In this document: positions 1 to 8,818 of the stretch, piece by piece
Numbering within the stretch: position 1 is the stretch's first letter
Layout of the letters: each line of letters begins with the position of its first letter
Assembly: GCA_046538485.1 (NCBI GenBank)
Contig: JBKHIT010000010.1
Location: 32,001-96,000, forward strand
Direction of reading: 5' to 3'
Length of the DNA stretch: 64,000 nucleotides
From: Candidatus Brocadiia bacterium
GTDB taxonomy: Bacteria; Planctomycetota; Brocadiia; SM23-32
Notes under the pieces: model-generated
Database searches by the model: none
What the model saw: only the letters and a program-made list of their open reading frames with translations
What the model was told of the DNA's origin: nothing
Program-made: the position numbers and the translations under genes

Positions 1-39
1 CCGGATAAGCACCTTCACTCCGTTCTCGGTTCCGTCCAT
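1..39 (-). CDS. 5' end of a gene running off the left edge (MDGTENGVKVLIR...), product unknown
   Basis: ATG at 39 with strong SD TGGAGG just upstream on the minus strand; open to the window edge; co-oriented with coaC. Confidence 0.45.
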   Translation of the reverse strand, partial: MDGTENGVKVLIR

Positions 40-133
40 CACAACCTCCAGATGAATTACTTCTGTTCGCAAAATTTCCTGTTTTAAAGCTAATTGCGGC
101 CTTTTTCAGCTTAGCAAGAATCTACAATGAATT

Positions 134-691
134 TCACGAACTTACCAGGAAATGTATTTCTTCAACGATTTGCTCGACGGGGGCAAGGTGACCGGCACCG
201 TGTTTTCCGCTGGCGAGTTTTCCTTCCACCGGATCAACAATATGGACATCGGCCTGTTTTCCCAGCTTATGCACATTCCTGACAACAGCGAAATTTTTCC
301 ACATGCGGTCGTTCATAGCAGGTGCAACCAGTTTCGGGCAATCGCACGCGAGCCACGTCGTGCTGAGAATTTCGTCGGCAAAACCCCAGGTAATTTTGGC
401 AATAATATTAGCGGTCGCCGGGACGATCGCCACCAGGTCCACCCACTCTGCCAGTTCAATGTGCACGAGGTTAGCTTGGCCTTCAGGCACCCACAAACCG
501 GTGGTCACGGGCCGACCAGACAGAGAACGGAATGTGGTCGGAGTCACAAGTTTCTGGGCCGCTTCGGTCATAACAACCTTTACCTGATGTCCGCGATCCA
601 TCAGGCCTCTGAGGACCGAACATGACTTATAGGCGGCAATTGAACCACTGACGCCGAGAACAATATTTTTCCCGTTTTTATGTTGACCCAT
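134..691 (-). CDS. coaC: Phosphopantothenoylcysteine decarboxylase (CoaC, HFCD flavoprotein), without fused CoaB
   Basis: LGVSGSIAAYK, HIELA, PATANIIAK and APAMN..MW motifs; start moved to ATG 691 behind SD AGGAGG. Confidence 0.85.
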   Translation of the reverse strand: MGQHKNGKNIVLGVSGSIAAYKSCSVLRGLMDRGHQVKVVMTEAAQKLVTPTTFRSLSGRPVTTGLWVPEGQANLVHIELAEWVDLVAIVPATANIIAKITWGFADEILSTTWLACDCPKLVAPAMNDRMWKNFAVVRNVHKLGKQADVHIVDPVEGKLASGKHGAGHLAPVEQIVEEIHFLVSS

Positions 692-823
692 ATTTCTCCT
701 CCTGCTAATTCTCTCAAATATTACTCCTCCCCTGGCCATGACGCAAGCCGCGGCTCATATTCTCCCGCAGATAGACGACGGTGACAAAACCCTGCTGGGC
801 TGCTTCGGTCCAGAATACTTTAC

Positions 824-851
824 TTGACACAACTGGTATACGAGGTATAAG
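824..851 (+). promoter_or_regulatory. Candidate sigma70 promoter for the HEAT-repeat gene
   Basis: TTGACA (824-829), 16 nt spacer, TATAAG (846-851); SD AGAGGAGG at 931-938. Confidence 0.5.
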
Positions 852-948
852 GTAATCTCACTGATGAATTAACCAAAAAAAGAGAATCATACACTACCAG
901 CGGCTTGGTCTGCGGTTCTCATTACGCCATAGAGGAGGTTTTTCTCAG

Positions 949-3075
949 ATGCGAGGGAAGCCGGATAGATTTGCATCTTCAAATATAGAGCGGCCCTTGA
1001 ATTTAAGTTCAAGAACTGTTGCCCATATCACGGTTTTGATCATTGTAATGGCTGCGGCTCTGAGCGGTTGTTCCAAAGGCAGAGATCCCAAGGCACTTGT
1101 TGAATCTCTTGGCAGTTCCAGCAGCAAAGAACGCAAAACTGCCAAAAATGAGCTGATGCGAGATCCGGAAAAGGCTCTGGTTGAAATTAAAAAAGCCTTC
1201 AAGGCGGCGGAAGGTACTGAGAGAGGTCTTCGCATTATCAAGGGGACGGTAGCTGTGCTGGAAGCTACAGGTACGCCTGAAGCACTGGAAACAGTTGCCG
1301 AAAGAATCGATGATCCGAATCCCAAAATCCGCCAGATTGTTATAGACGCCCTGGGCAATCTTTCGCAAGCGCGGAAAAAATCCTCGGTTGAACATTTGAA
1401 AAAAGCTCTGCAGGACGAGAATACCGCATGTCAACAGGCCGCCGCCCAGGCCCTTCGCAATATGAATTACCGGATGGCAACCGATGCTCTTGAAGAAGCC
1501 TATCAGCGACGCGAAGGCGCGGACTCTATCTTCGCAGCCCAGGCTCTTTACAGCATGGACAGACGTTCCTCGGCGGCAATATACTTACTCAAAAACCTCG
1601 GGAGCAGGCGGGAAATTACTCAACAAGCGGCGGCACAGGCTGTTTTAAGCCTCGGTAAAAGCCGCTTCGTTGGCCGGCCTTTCATTGAATTGCTCGTCGA
1701 ATTTGTCAGGGGAAATCCTGATTCCGCCGCTTCTCGAAAGGCCCTCAGTTCCATACGCGATGCAATACTGAAAGAGTTTGAGGAAAAAGAAGCGCTTCCT
1801 CCGAAAAGAACGCGAGACATAATGGCCTCCCTCGGGATGATTGGCGACAAAAAAAGTGTGAATAAATTGCTATCGGTTTTGACAGAGAGCAAAAAAGATA
1901 TTACGGCCCGATTGGCAGCGGCTGAAGCACTTGGAAACGCGGCGCGGGGCGCCGGAGAGGCGGCCAACCTGGACTTCAAAGAAAAAATAATTCAATCGCT
2001 TCAAGAGGTGAAAAACCGCGAAGAGGACAAAGAAGATAAACGCGTTCAAATCGGCTGTGCGATCTCTCTGTGCCAGCTTAAAAATCCAGACGGCGTGAAA
2101 TATCTCCTTTCCCAACTCAGCCCGGAACAAGATAACGACAAGAAAGACACACAAGAGATGACGGATTTGCGAATACGAGCGCAGGAAGCACTTACATCCT
2201 CCGGCAAATTCGTCGTCCCCTATCTGATTACGGCTCTCGATAAGAAAACAGGGAGTAAAACTAGCTACTGGGCTGCGGCTACAACACTCGGGGAGCTGCG
2301 CACAGAAAAAGCTATTCCTCTACTTGCTGAACACCTTAATACTACTGTTTCCCCGCGGCGCGTAAAACCCGAACCCAGTGACCCCTCCGGTGAAATTCCT
2401 GTCGCTGAAGGTAGCATGATCGATGTGAAAGGAATACATGTAGGCCTGGGAGACGCACGGTGGGCGGGCGTATTGGTAAGGATATTTGCAACTCTCGTGG
2501 CCGCCGTTTTGCTGAGCTTGCTGGGTATTCTAATCATTTTAGCAGCGGACCGAAAAAGCATCACATGGAAGGCGATGTTGCCTTCGGGTATAGCCATAGC
2601 TGTCATTGCCCTCCTGATAGGCTTGCACTACGGAGCGAAAGCAGAAAGGAAACTCGAGCCAAAAGGAAGCGGTAAACAGGCACATGGGATGTTTTCGCCA
2701 ACGCGTCGGGAAATCTATAGCGCTGTTTTCCCCCGTGACGACGTAATCCCGGCCCGTTCGGTCGTGGTGCGAAAAGCCGCCGCCCTCGCGCTCGCTCGAA
2801 TCGGAACCGATGAAGCAAAAAAGGAGCTGCAACGCGCGCAAAAGATCCACAATAATGTTGCGGAAAAGCTGAAAGAATTCGTTCGTCTGCGTCAATACCT
2901 TAATCTTGTGCCGCAACGGGTGAAAGACCACAAAGCGCGTCACGAAGCCGGACTGTTGCTCGAAAAATTAGGGCAGCACTTGATCAATGAGCAGAGGGCC
3001 GTTCTCTTCTACATACAACAGGGAATCGGTTCAGAAACCGAACCCAAAACCCCGCCTGCCGGTGCAACCTTATAA
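949..3075 (+). CDS. HEAT/PBS-lyase repeat protein, probable lipoprotein with additional C-terminal TM helices
   Basis: Hydrophobic N-terminus with lipobox-like LSGC; repeated AAAQAL / ALG..G / AAALALARIG motifs; two hydrophobic segments near aa 505-560. Confidence 0.75.
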   Translation: MRGKPDRFASSNIERPLNLSSRTVAHITVLIIVMAAALSGCSKGRDPKALVESLGSSSSKERKTAKNELMRDPEKALVEIKKAFKAAEGTERGLRIIKGTVAVLEATGTPEALETVAERIDDPNPKIRQIVIDALGNLSQARKKSSVEHLKKALQDENTACQQAAAQALRNMNYRMATDALEEAYQRREGADSIFAAQALYSMDRRSSAAIYLLKNLGSRREITQQAAAQAVLSLGKSRFVGRPFIELLVEFVRGNPDSAASRKALSSIRDAILKEFEEKEALPPKRTRDIMASLGMIGDKKSVNKLLSVLTESKKDITARLAAAEALGNAARGAGEAANLDFKEKIIQSLQEVKNREEDKEDKRVQIGCAISLCQLKNPDGVKYLLSQLSPEQDNDKKDTQEMTDLRIRAQEALTSSGKFVVPYLITALDKKTGSKTSYWAAATTLGELRTEKAIPLLAEHLNTTVSPRRVKPEPSDPSGEIPVAEGSMIDVKGIHVGLGDARWAGVLVRIFATLVAAVLLSLLGILIILAADRKSITWKAMLPSGIAIAVIALLIGLHYGAKAERKLEPKGSGKQAHGMFSPTRREIYSAVFPRDDVIPARSVVVRKAAALALARIGTDEAKKELQRAQKIHNNVAEKLKEFVRLRQYLNLVPQRVKDHKARHEAGLLLEKLGQHLINEQRAVLFYIQQGIGSETEPKTPPAGATL

Positions 3076-3165
3076 GCAACGCCCAAAGCAAACTGCCCCG
3101 GCACGAATCAAATTTGTACACCTCGCCTGAAGAATTCTTTTCTGGCACCTGCAACGCAGCTCTGA

Positions 3166-3510
3166 TCATTCGCATCTGCACCCATCATTGGTCATCTCCG
3201 TTTCCTCTTCTGTTTTGTCCGGTGGTTCCACCGGATCGTATCCTCCTTTGCAAAAGGGGTTGCAGCGCATAATTCGCCATATCCCTTTTAACAAACCGAT
3301 GAGTGGACCTTTTTTGCGGAGTGCTTCGGCCATATATTCACTGCATGTCGGCGTAAATCGGCACACTGACGGAGTAATTCTTGAGATCGTCAGGCGATAG
3401 AGCTCCACGAGGGCAATTAGCAGCCACTCGACGGGCTTTCCTATTAGCCGAAGGAAACGCCCTACCTTTTTCCAAATCGATGTCTTTTCCTCGCCGTTCT
3501 TCACGCTCAA
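3166..3510 (-). CDS. yidD: Membrane protein insertion efficiency factor YidD
   Basis: CRFTPTCSEY...RCNPFCKGGYDPV signature; follows rnpA. Confidence 0.92.
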   Translation of the reverse strand: MSVKNGEEKTSIWKKVGRFLRLIGKPVEWLLIALVELYRLTISRITPSVCRFTPTCSEYMAEALRKKGPLIGLLKGIWRIMRCNPFCKGGYDPVEPPDKTEEETEMTNDGCRCE

Positions 3511-3562
3511 CCTTTGATCCGTTATCTACAGACCTTCCCCGTGGTTTCTTACACTGATCTTC

Positions 3563-3919
3563 TTAATTTGCATCCTGCAGAAGCTCGGTCAACTTTAGAA
3601 ATGCACCTTCCACACCGGCAACATCTTCTATTCTGCTTTCCCAGGCCACTCCAACCACAAGATCATACGCCGCTGGCAAACGGTTCCGGTACCGCCGGAA
3701 TGCTTCCCGGATCTTGCGTTTCCACCGGTTCCGTACGGTAGCCTTTCCCGTCTTGCGCCCGATAGAAAGTCCCAGACGACTATCAGAGCCGTCTCCACCA
3801 TCGCGCCGTAAGGCATGTACACGCAGAGGACCGACAACGTGCTTTTTCCCCTGGCGGTAAACCTTCTGAAATTGCCGGGATTGTCTCAAGCGTGCTTTCT
3901 TGGGAAACTTTGCCCTCAT
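3563..3919 (-). CDS. rnpA: Ribonuclease P protein component
   Basis: FPKKARL..F.KVY.QG, RLGLSIGRK.GKATVRNRWKRKIRE (RNR motif); start at ATG 3919 (TTG/alternative up to 3955). Confidence 0.9.
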   Translation of the reverse strand: MRAKFPKKARLRQSRQFQKVYRQGKKHVVGPLRVHALRRDGGDGSDSRLGLSIGRKTGKATVRNRWKRKIREAFRRYRNRLPAAYDLVVGVAWESRIEDVAGVEGAFLKLTELLQDAN

Positions 3920-3944
3920 TTTCGGTGCTCCAGCCAGCTCAGAA

Positions 3945-5072
3945 TTACTCCTCATCCAGAGTCTCCCCCATTACAAAATCGTTAAATCCCGATGAGCGCC
4001 TTAATGACACAGATTTCGGATTTTCCGATTTATTCCTCATGATAAAACATTCCACGCCATCGAGCGATTCCACAAGTTTGATCGCTTTCTCAGGTCTCAG
4101 AACACTGATGGATGTCGCCAGAGCATCGGCCATCATTGCATCGGGAGCGATAACCGTCGCCGACGGGACATTCTGCACCGGTTTGCCTGATCGAGGGTCG
4201 ATAATATGCGAAGATTTCTGCTCATCAATGCGAAAATATCGGGCGTAATCTCCGCTTGTAGCAACCGCTGCATCCGCCAGTCGGAGTACAATGGGAGGAT
4301 GATCTCCTGGGCGAGGGTCACGCACCTGAACTTTCCACTTCTCGCCGTCTTCCCGTCGGCCGATCATCCTCATATCCCCGCCGATATCGACCCATCCTTT
4401 TCCTGCTCCGGCTTTTTTCATAGCCAGGGCCGCCTGTTCGATGGCATAACCTTTGGCAATCCCTCCGAGATCGACCATCATTCCCGTTTTCTCAAACCTC
4501 GCCCCTTTTCCTCCGACAATCAGGTGCTCGCTTCCAACTCTTTTAAGCGCACGCTTTATCTCTTTTTCAGTCGGGATTTTTCCTTTTTCCGCACCTTCCC
4601 GCCACACCTTTCGTATCGGTGCATATGTCACATCGAATGCCCCCTCAGTGAGATCAGAAAAACGGAGCGCTGATTTTAAAACGTGTCGCGTTTCCGCCGA
4701 AAGAGAGACCTTTTTTTCTTTGCCGGCACGGTTCAGGCAACTCACTTCGCTGTCTGGTCGATAGGTGCTCATCAGTTTTTCGACGCGCTGGACGGCAGCA
4801 ACAGCCGGGGCAAACATCTTCCGTGCTGATTCGGCGTCATCGGCCACCACGATCAGGATCGCATCCGTGCTCATAGCATCGAAACGGTGGCAGAATCGTT
4901 TCGGATGACGGCTGTCCAGCTGTTCCACAACAAGGTTCTGCGGAGGATTCGAGGGCAATCCTCGCAAATTGAGCAGCAGAACTGCCCCACAAAAAACCAG
5001 AATAAGGACGACAAAGAAAATTTTATCTGTGGCTTTTGTTTCCATATGGGTTCCGATTGAAACCAGGACCAC
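3945..5072 (-). CDS. apbE: FAD:protein FMN transferase (ApbE family)
   Basis: GAFDVT, DLGGIAKGYA, ATSGDY, HIIDPRSG, ADALAT motifs; N-terminal TM; start may be ATG 5045. Confidence 0.92.
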   Translation of the reverse strand: MVLVSIGTHMETKATDKIFFVVLILVFCGAVLLLNLRGLPSNPPQNLVVEQLDSRHPKRFCHRFDAMSTDAILIVVADDAESARKMFAPAVAAVQRVEKLMSTYRPDSEVSCLNRAGKEKKVSLSAETRHVLKSALRFSDLTEGAFDVTYAPIRKVWREGAEKGKIPTEKEIKRALKRVGSEHLIVGGKGARFEKTGMMVDLGGIAKGYAIEQAALAMKKAGAGKGWVDIGGDMRMIGRREDGEKWKVQVRDPRPGDHPPIVLRLADAAVATSGDYARYFRIDEQKSSHIIDPRSGKPVQNVPSATVIAPDAMMADALATSISVLRPEKAIKLVESLDGVECFIMRNKSENPKSVSLRRSSGFNDFVMGETLDEE

Positions 5073-5087
5073 CGAGAAGAAAGAGTA

Positions 5088-6404
5088 TCAGCTACCGGAC
5101 CCGGCAACAACGTGGATGCATCCCCCCATTGACTTAATAATTCCCGGCAAACCTTCAGGAACTCTCACCCGCATTTGAGCTTTACCGTCGGTGTAAGATT
5201 CATCCAAAACAAGGCCATTCTCGTAGAGAAAAGAAAACAGACGTCCATTCCCCACCGCAAATTCTACATCTATTTCCACCTGTTTTTCGTCCAAAAAACT
5301 CTGCATAGTTTCGGCCAACTCTTCGAGGCCATGGCCGTTTCGCGCACTCATTGGTATGGCAGTTTCGGCTTTTTGTTCCAGTAATGGCAGGCGCATTTCG
5401 TCCTTCAGAATATCTGTTTTATTGAGAATAAGCACACGGGGTTTATTTCCGCATCCAATTTCCTCCAGAACATCATCGACAGCCTCAATTTGGGCCGCAG
5501 CCGTTTCCGCGGCGGCATCACAGACATGAAAAAGAAGATCGGCCTCCCGGGCCTCCTCAAGTGTAGCATGAAATGAAGCAACCAGGTGGTGGGGCAATTT
5601 TCGGATGAAACCAACGGTATCACTCAGCATCACGGACCGGCCGTCCGGCAGGTCCCACTCCCGGGTACGAGTATCCAGAGTTTCAAAAAGCTGATCTTTT
5701 ACCGTCACTCCGGCTTTCGTCAGAAGATTCATTAAGGTCGATTTGCCGGCATTGGTATATCCAACAAGTGCGACGGTAGTGAACATTTTATTTCGGTCTT
5801 CGGCGGCACGCTGGTGGCGATCCTCGATTTTCTCGAGTTTCTCTTTTAGCTCCGATATTCGCTTCTGCACAAGCCTTCTATCAACCTCCAGCTGCTTTTC
5901 GCCCGGCCCTCGCACCCCAATCCCTCCTGCGATTGTCCCACCGGCCATACGGTCAAGGTGAGTCCACATCTTTTTCAGCCGCGGAAAAGCATATTCCAGC
6001 TGGGCAAGTTCGACCTGTAGTTTTGACTGCATAGTGCGTGCATGCTGGGCAAAAATGCCGAGAATCAATTCGCTACGATCCACTACTTTTGTATCCAGCG
6101 AAGACTCCAGATTCTTAACCTGCGACGGTTTTAAATCGTCATCGCAGATCACAATATCAGCATCTTTCGCCTGACACAGAGCAGATACTTCGCGCACTTT
6201 GCCGCTGCCGATATAGTACCGGGAATCGGGATTATTGCGCTGCTGTCTTACTTCCCCTATTACATTCGCCCGCGCAGATCGAGCCAAATCAGCCAGTTCT
6301 TCCAGCGCAGAATTCGCGAGCGTTTCGCGGTCTTTTCGGTAAACCTGCAATAAAATCGCCCGCTCGGCGCGGACGGAAAGTTCCGTTCTCTTTAAGTCTA
6401 CCAT
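5088..6404 (-). CDS. hflX: GTPase HflX
   Basis: GPGEKQLEVDRR, GYTNAGKST, LFETLDT, DTVGFI, NKTD motifs. Confidence 0.96.
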   Translation of the reverse strand: MVDLKRTELSVRAERAILLQVYRKDRETLANSALEELADLARSARANVIGEVRQQRNNPDSRYYIGSGKVREVSALCQAKDADIVICDDDLKPSQVKNLESSLDTKVVDRSELILGIFAQHARTMQSKLQVELAQLEYAFPRLKKMWTHLDRMAGGTIAGGIGVRGPGEKQLEVDRRLVQKRISELKEKLEKIEDRHQRAAEDRNKMFTTVALVGYTNAGKSTLMNLLTKAGVTVKDQLFETLDTRTREWDLPDGRSVMLSDTVGFIRKLPHHLVASFHATLEEAREADLLFHVCDAAAETAAAQIEAVDDVLEEIGCGNKPRVLILNKTDILKDEMRLPLLEQKAETAIPMSARNGHGLEELAETMQSFLDEKQVEIDVEFAVGNGRLFSFLYENGLVLDESYTDGKAQMRVRVPEGLPGIIKSMGGCIHVVAGSGS

Positions 6405-6543
6405 GAGCCTCCTGAATGTTTCGTCTGCTGTTTAGTTCCTCTAATAATATTATAGGGCGAGCGGCTTGAACCTGACAACCTCTGTTTACGACACAATTAA
6501 AAGATATGTCCGGAGGAGGTTTTGCCGCCATTCCCCCTTGAAT

Positions 6544-8751
6544 TCAGTTCTTATCCGGTGAGAGTTTTCGCACTAACTCTGCTGCTTTTTTTGCATGTTC
6601 GCCGTTTAGCTCTGCGTGCCGAGCATAATGTATTGTGGCCCGTTCTTTCTGTTGCAATTCTCTGTGCAGAATCTCTGCAAGTCTCCACTCGAGCCAAGCG
6701 TCCCATCGGTCAAGCTCCACTGCTTTCAACCAGTATTTCACGCACTCTTCTGGCCTTTCCATTTCCAGGGCGATCTCCCCGGCCAATTTGAGTGCTGGTG
6801 GGCTGTGCGGCCTTTTCTGCAAAACTTTCTGTGCAAGGCCGAGGGCTCCCTCAAACTTTTTCTGTCCCAGTGCCAATTCGGATGCCACAATATATACCAG
6901 GGACGACCCGGGGAAGGTTTCAAGGGCCTTCTTTATCGTTATTTCAGCATTGTCCCAGGCTTCCGAAACAATGAAACTTCTCGCCAGAGCCGCGTACGCT
7001 TCAGGGCTTTCCTGGGCAATAACGGCAACCTGAGCATTGTGAACTGACTTTTTGTGTTCTCCGGTAAGGCGATAAAAATTCGCCAGCGCGATCCTGACAG
7101 GAACTTCCTTATCGGCCTGCTCAAGGGCTTTTTTCAGCACGCTTTCTGCCTCCTCAAATAACCCCTGTCCGATCATCGCTTCAGCCAGCGCAAGGCGGGC
7201 CGGCTCATAACCCGGATGTGTCTTCAGGGTTTTCCTCAAACCGGATGCAGCTCTCTTAAATTCCCGTTTCCGCATCAATATCTGTGCGTACCCCACGGCG
7301 GCACGCGCGAAACCATCCCCAATTTTCTCCGCACGTCGATACGCTTTCAGTGCCTTCTCAGTTTCCCACATGGAAGCTGCCATTTCGGCATAAGTCATAC
7401 GCAGTTCCGGCAAATCAGGCCGCGTCTGAGTGGCTTTTTGCAGAACACTCACAGCTTCCTCATAACGTCCCGCCTCTTTCAACGTGGCTGACAAATGGCG
7501 GGCCAGCGCTGCGTCACCAGGGTTGTCTCTAAACGCTTTTCTAAAAACCTCCAGAGCCTCTTTTGTACGATCGGACGCATCGAGAGCCATTGCATATTCA
7601 ATCAGAACTTTCTTCCCTTTTGCGCCGAACCTCAGTGCGCGTTCGTAATATCCAATAGCATCTTTCAACTCGGCTCTGTTCCAATAGTCGCGGGCAACTT
7701 TCTCCAGAACGAAAGGGCTTTTCGGCAAGGTCTCAACGGCTTTCTGCAGCGCCTGACGGCTCGCTTTGGCATTCTTCTGCTCCAGCGCAACGAGATACCG
7801 GGCAATCCAATAGTATCCTTCTCTTGCCACGTCGGATAGGCGTGCCTGTTCGACAAACAGCAGAGCATCTTTTGGAGATCCCTCGCTTAGTATCAACCAC
7901 GATTTTAATGCGTAAAGCGGGCCGCTGTCAGGCTGCAGTTGCAGAACTCTTTCCAAACGTTGTCGGGCTTCTTTTCCGTTTCCCGCCAGCTGCGAAGCGA
8001 CCACCCATTTGAGAAAAAACATATCCGGCTTTTCACTCAAGAACTTGTCGTAGCGCGCGGCAGCCGCTTTCCACAGCTGCAGTCGGAATAAAACACGTGC
8101 TTCGGCCAATTCCCACTTCTTCTCACCTTCGGATAACCCACATTCAGGAAATAACTTGCGCAGTAATTCCAGCCATCGTTGATCTGCCGAAGATATCTCC
8201 AGGGGTTTTGCCGTATCGAGAAAAGAAAGTGCATCCGGCAGTAAAAACGGTTCCTCAACAAAACGCACGATTCTCCTGTCGGGGAGCCGGCAAACCGTTG
8301 CTTTGAGCCGCGATGGCGCATCTTTCACCGACTCGACCCACAACACAACGGCTTCGTGCAAACCCCTCGCTTTCAAAGCTTCAGCGCCGATAACAGGACA
8401 TTTTCCGGTTGATCCTTCCCGCTCTACGTTTCGCGCCAGCGGCCCCACACTCTGGTTATTTCTTTCCTGAAGCCAGAAACGCAACATCCCTCCGCTGTAG
8501 CGCTCAATTGTCGATGCATCATCCGGAACAATAACAGCGATGTTGCTCCGCCTGTCGAGCGGAGACACCTTCTCGGACATAGCCTGGATGACAGTCCGCA
8601 ACGGGGAAGGCGTTTGGTCATCCTCAGCACCGTGCAGAGCGACAACTCCCGAAAGCCACCCCACCAGAAAAATGGCTGCATAAAGGGACAAACAACCCCT
8701 CACAAAGCCCAGGAAGGGTAAAAATCCGGGATTCCTCTCTTTTATTCCCAT
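6544..8751 (-). CDS. Tetratricopeptide-repeat protein, probably exported
   Basis: Many TPR-like repeats (A..Y.RAL...P); hydrophobic N-terminal segment; start trimmed to ATG 8751 to avoid overlap with ispH. Confidence 0.75.
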   Translation of the reverse strand: MGIKERNPGFLPFLGFVRGCLSLYAAIFLVGWLSGVVALHGAEDDQTPSPLRTVIQAMSEKVSPLDRRSNIAVIVPDDASTIERYSGGMLRFWLQERNNQSVGPLARNVEREGSTGKCPVIGAEALKARGLHEAVVLWVESVKDAPSRLKATVCRLPDRRIVRFVEEPFLLPDALSFLDTAKPLEISSADQRWLELLRKLFPECGLSEGEKKWELAEARVLFRLQLWKAAAARYDKFLSEKPDMFFLKWVVASQLAGNGKEARQRLERVLQLQPDSGPLYALKSWLILSEGSPKDALLFVEQARLSDVAREGYYWIARYLVALEQKNAKASRQALQKAVETLPKSPFVLEKVARDYWNRAELKDAIGYYERALRFGAKGKKVLIEYAMALDASDRTKEALEVFRKAFRDNPGDAALARHLSATLKEAGRYEEAVSVLQKATQTRPDLPELRMTYAEMAASMWETEKALKAYRRAEKIGDGFARAAVGYAQILMRKREFKRAASGLRKTLKTHPGYEPARLALAEAMIGQGLFEEAESVLKKALEQADKEVPVRIALANFYRLTGEHKKSVHNAQVAVIAQESPEAYAALARSFIVSEAWDNAEITIKKALETFPGSSLVYIVASELALGQKKFEGALGLAQKVLQKRPHSPPALKLAGEIALEMERPEECVKYWLKAVELDRWDAWLEWRLAEILHRELQQKERATIHYARHAELNGEHAKKAAELVRKLSPDKN

Positions 8752-8818
8752 TTTGACACCTCGAAGTTTCCTCATGTACAATTGTTGTGCTGAAAACAGA
8801 ATATTGCAAAGGAAAAAC

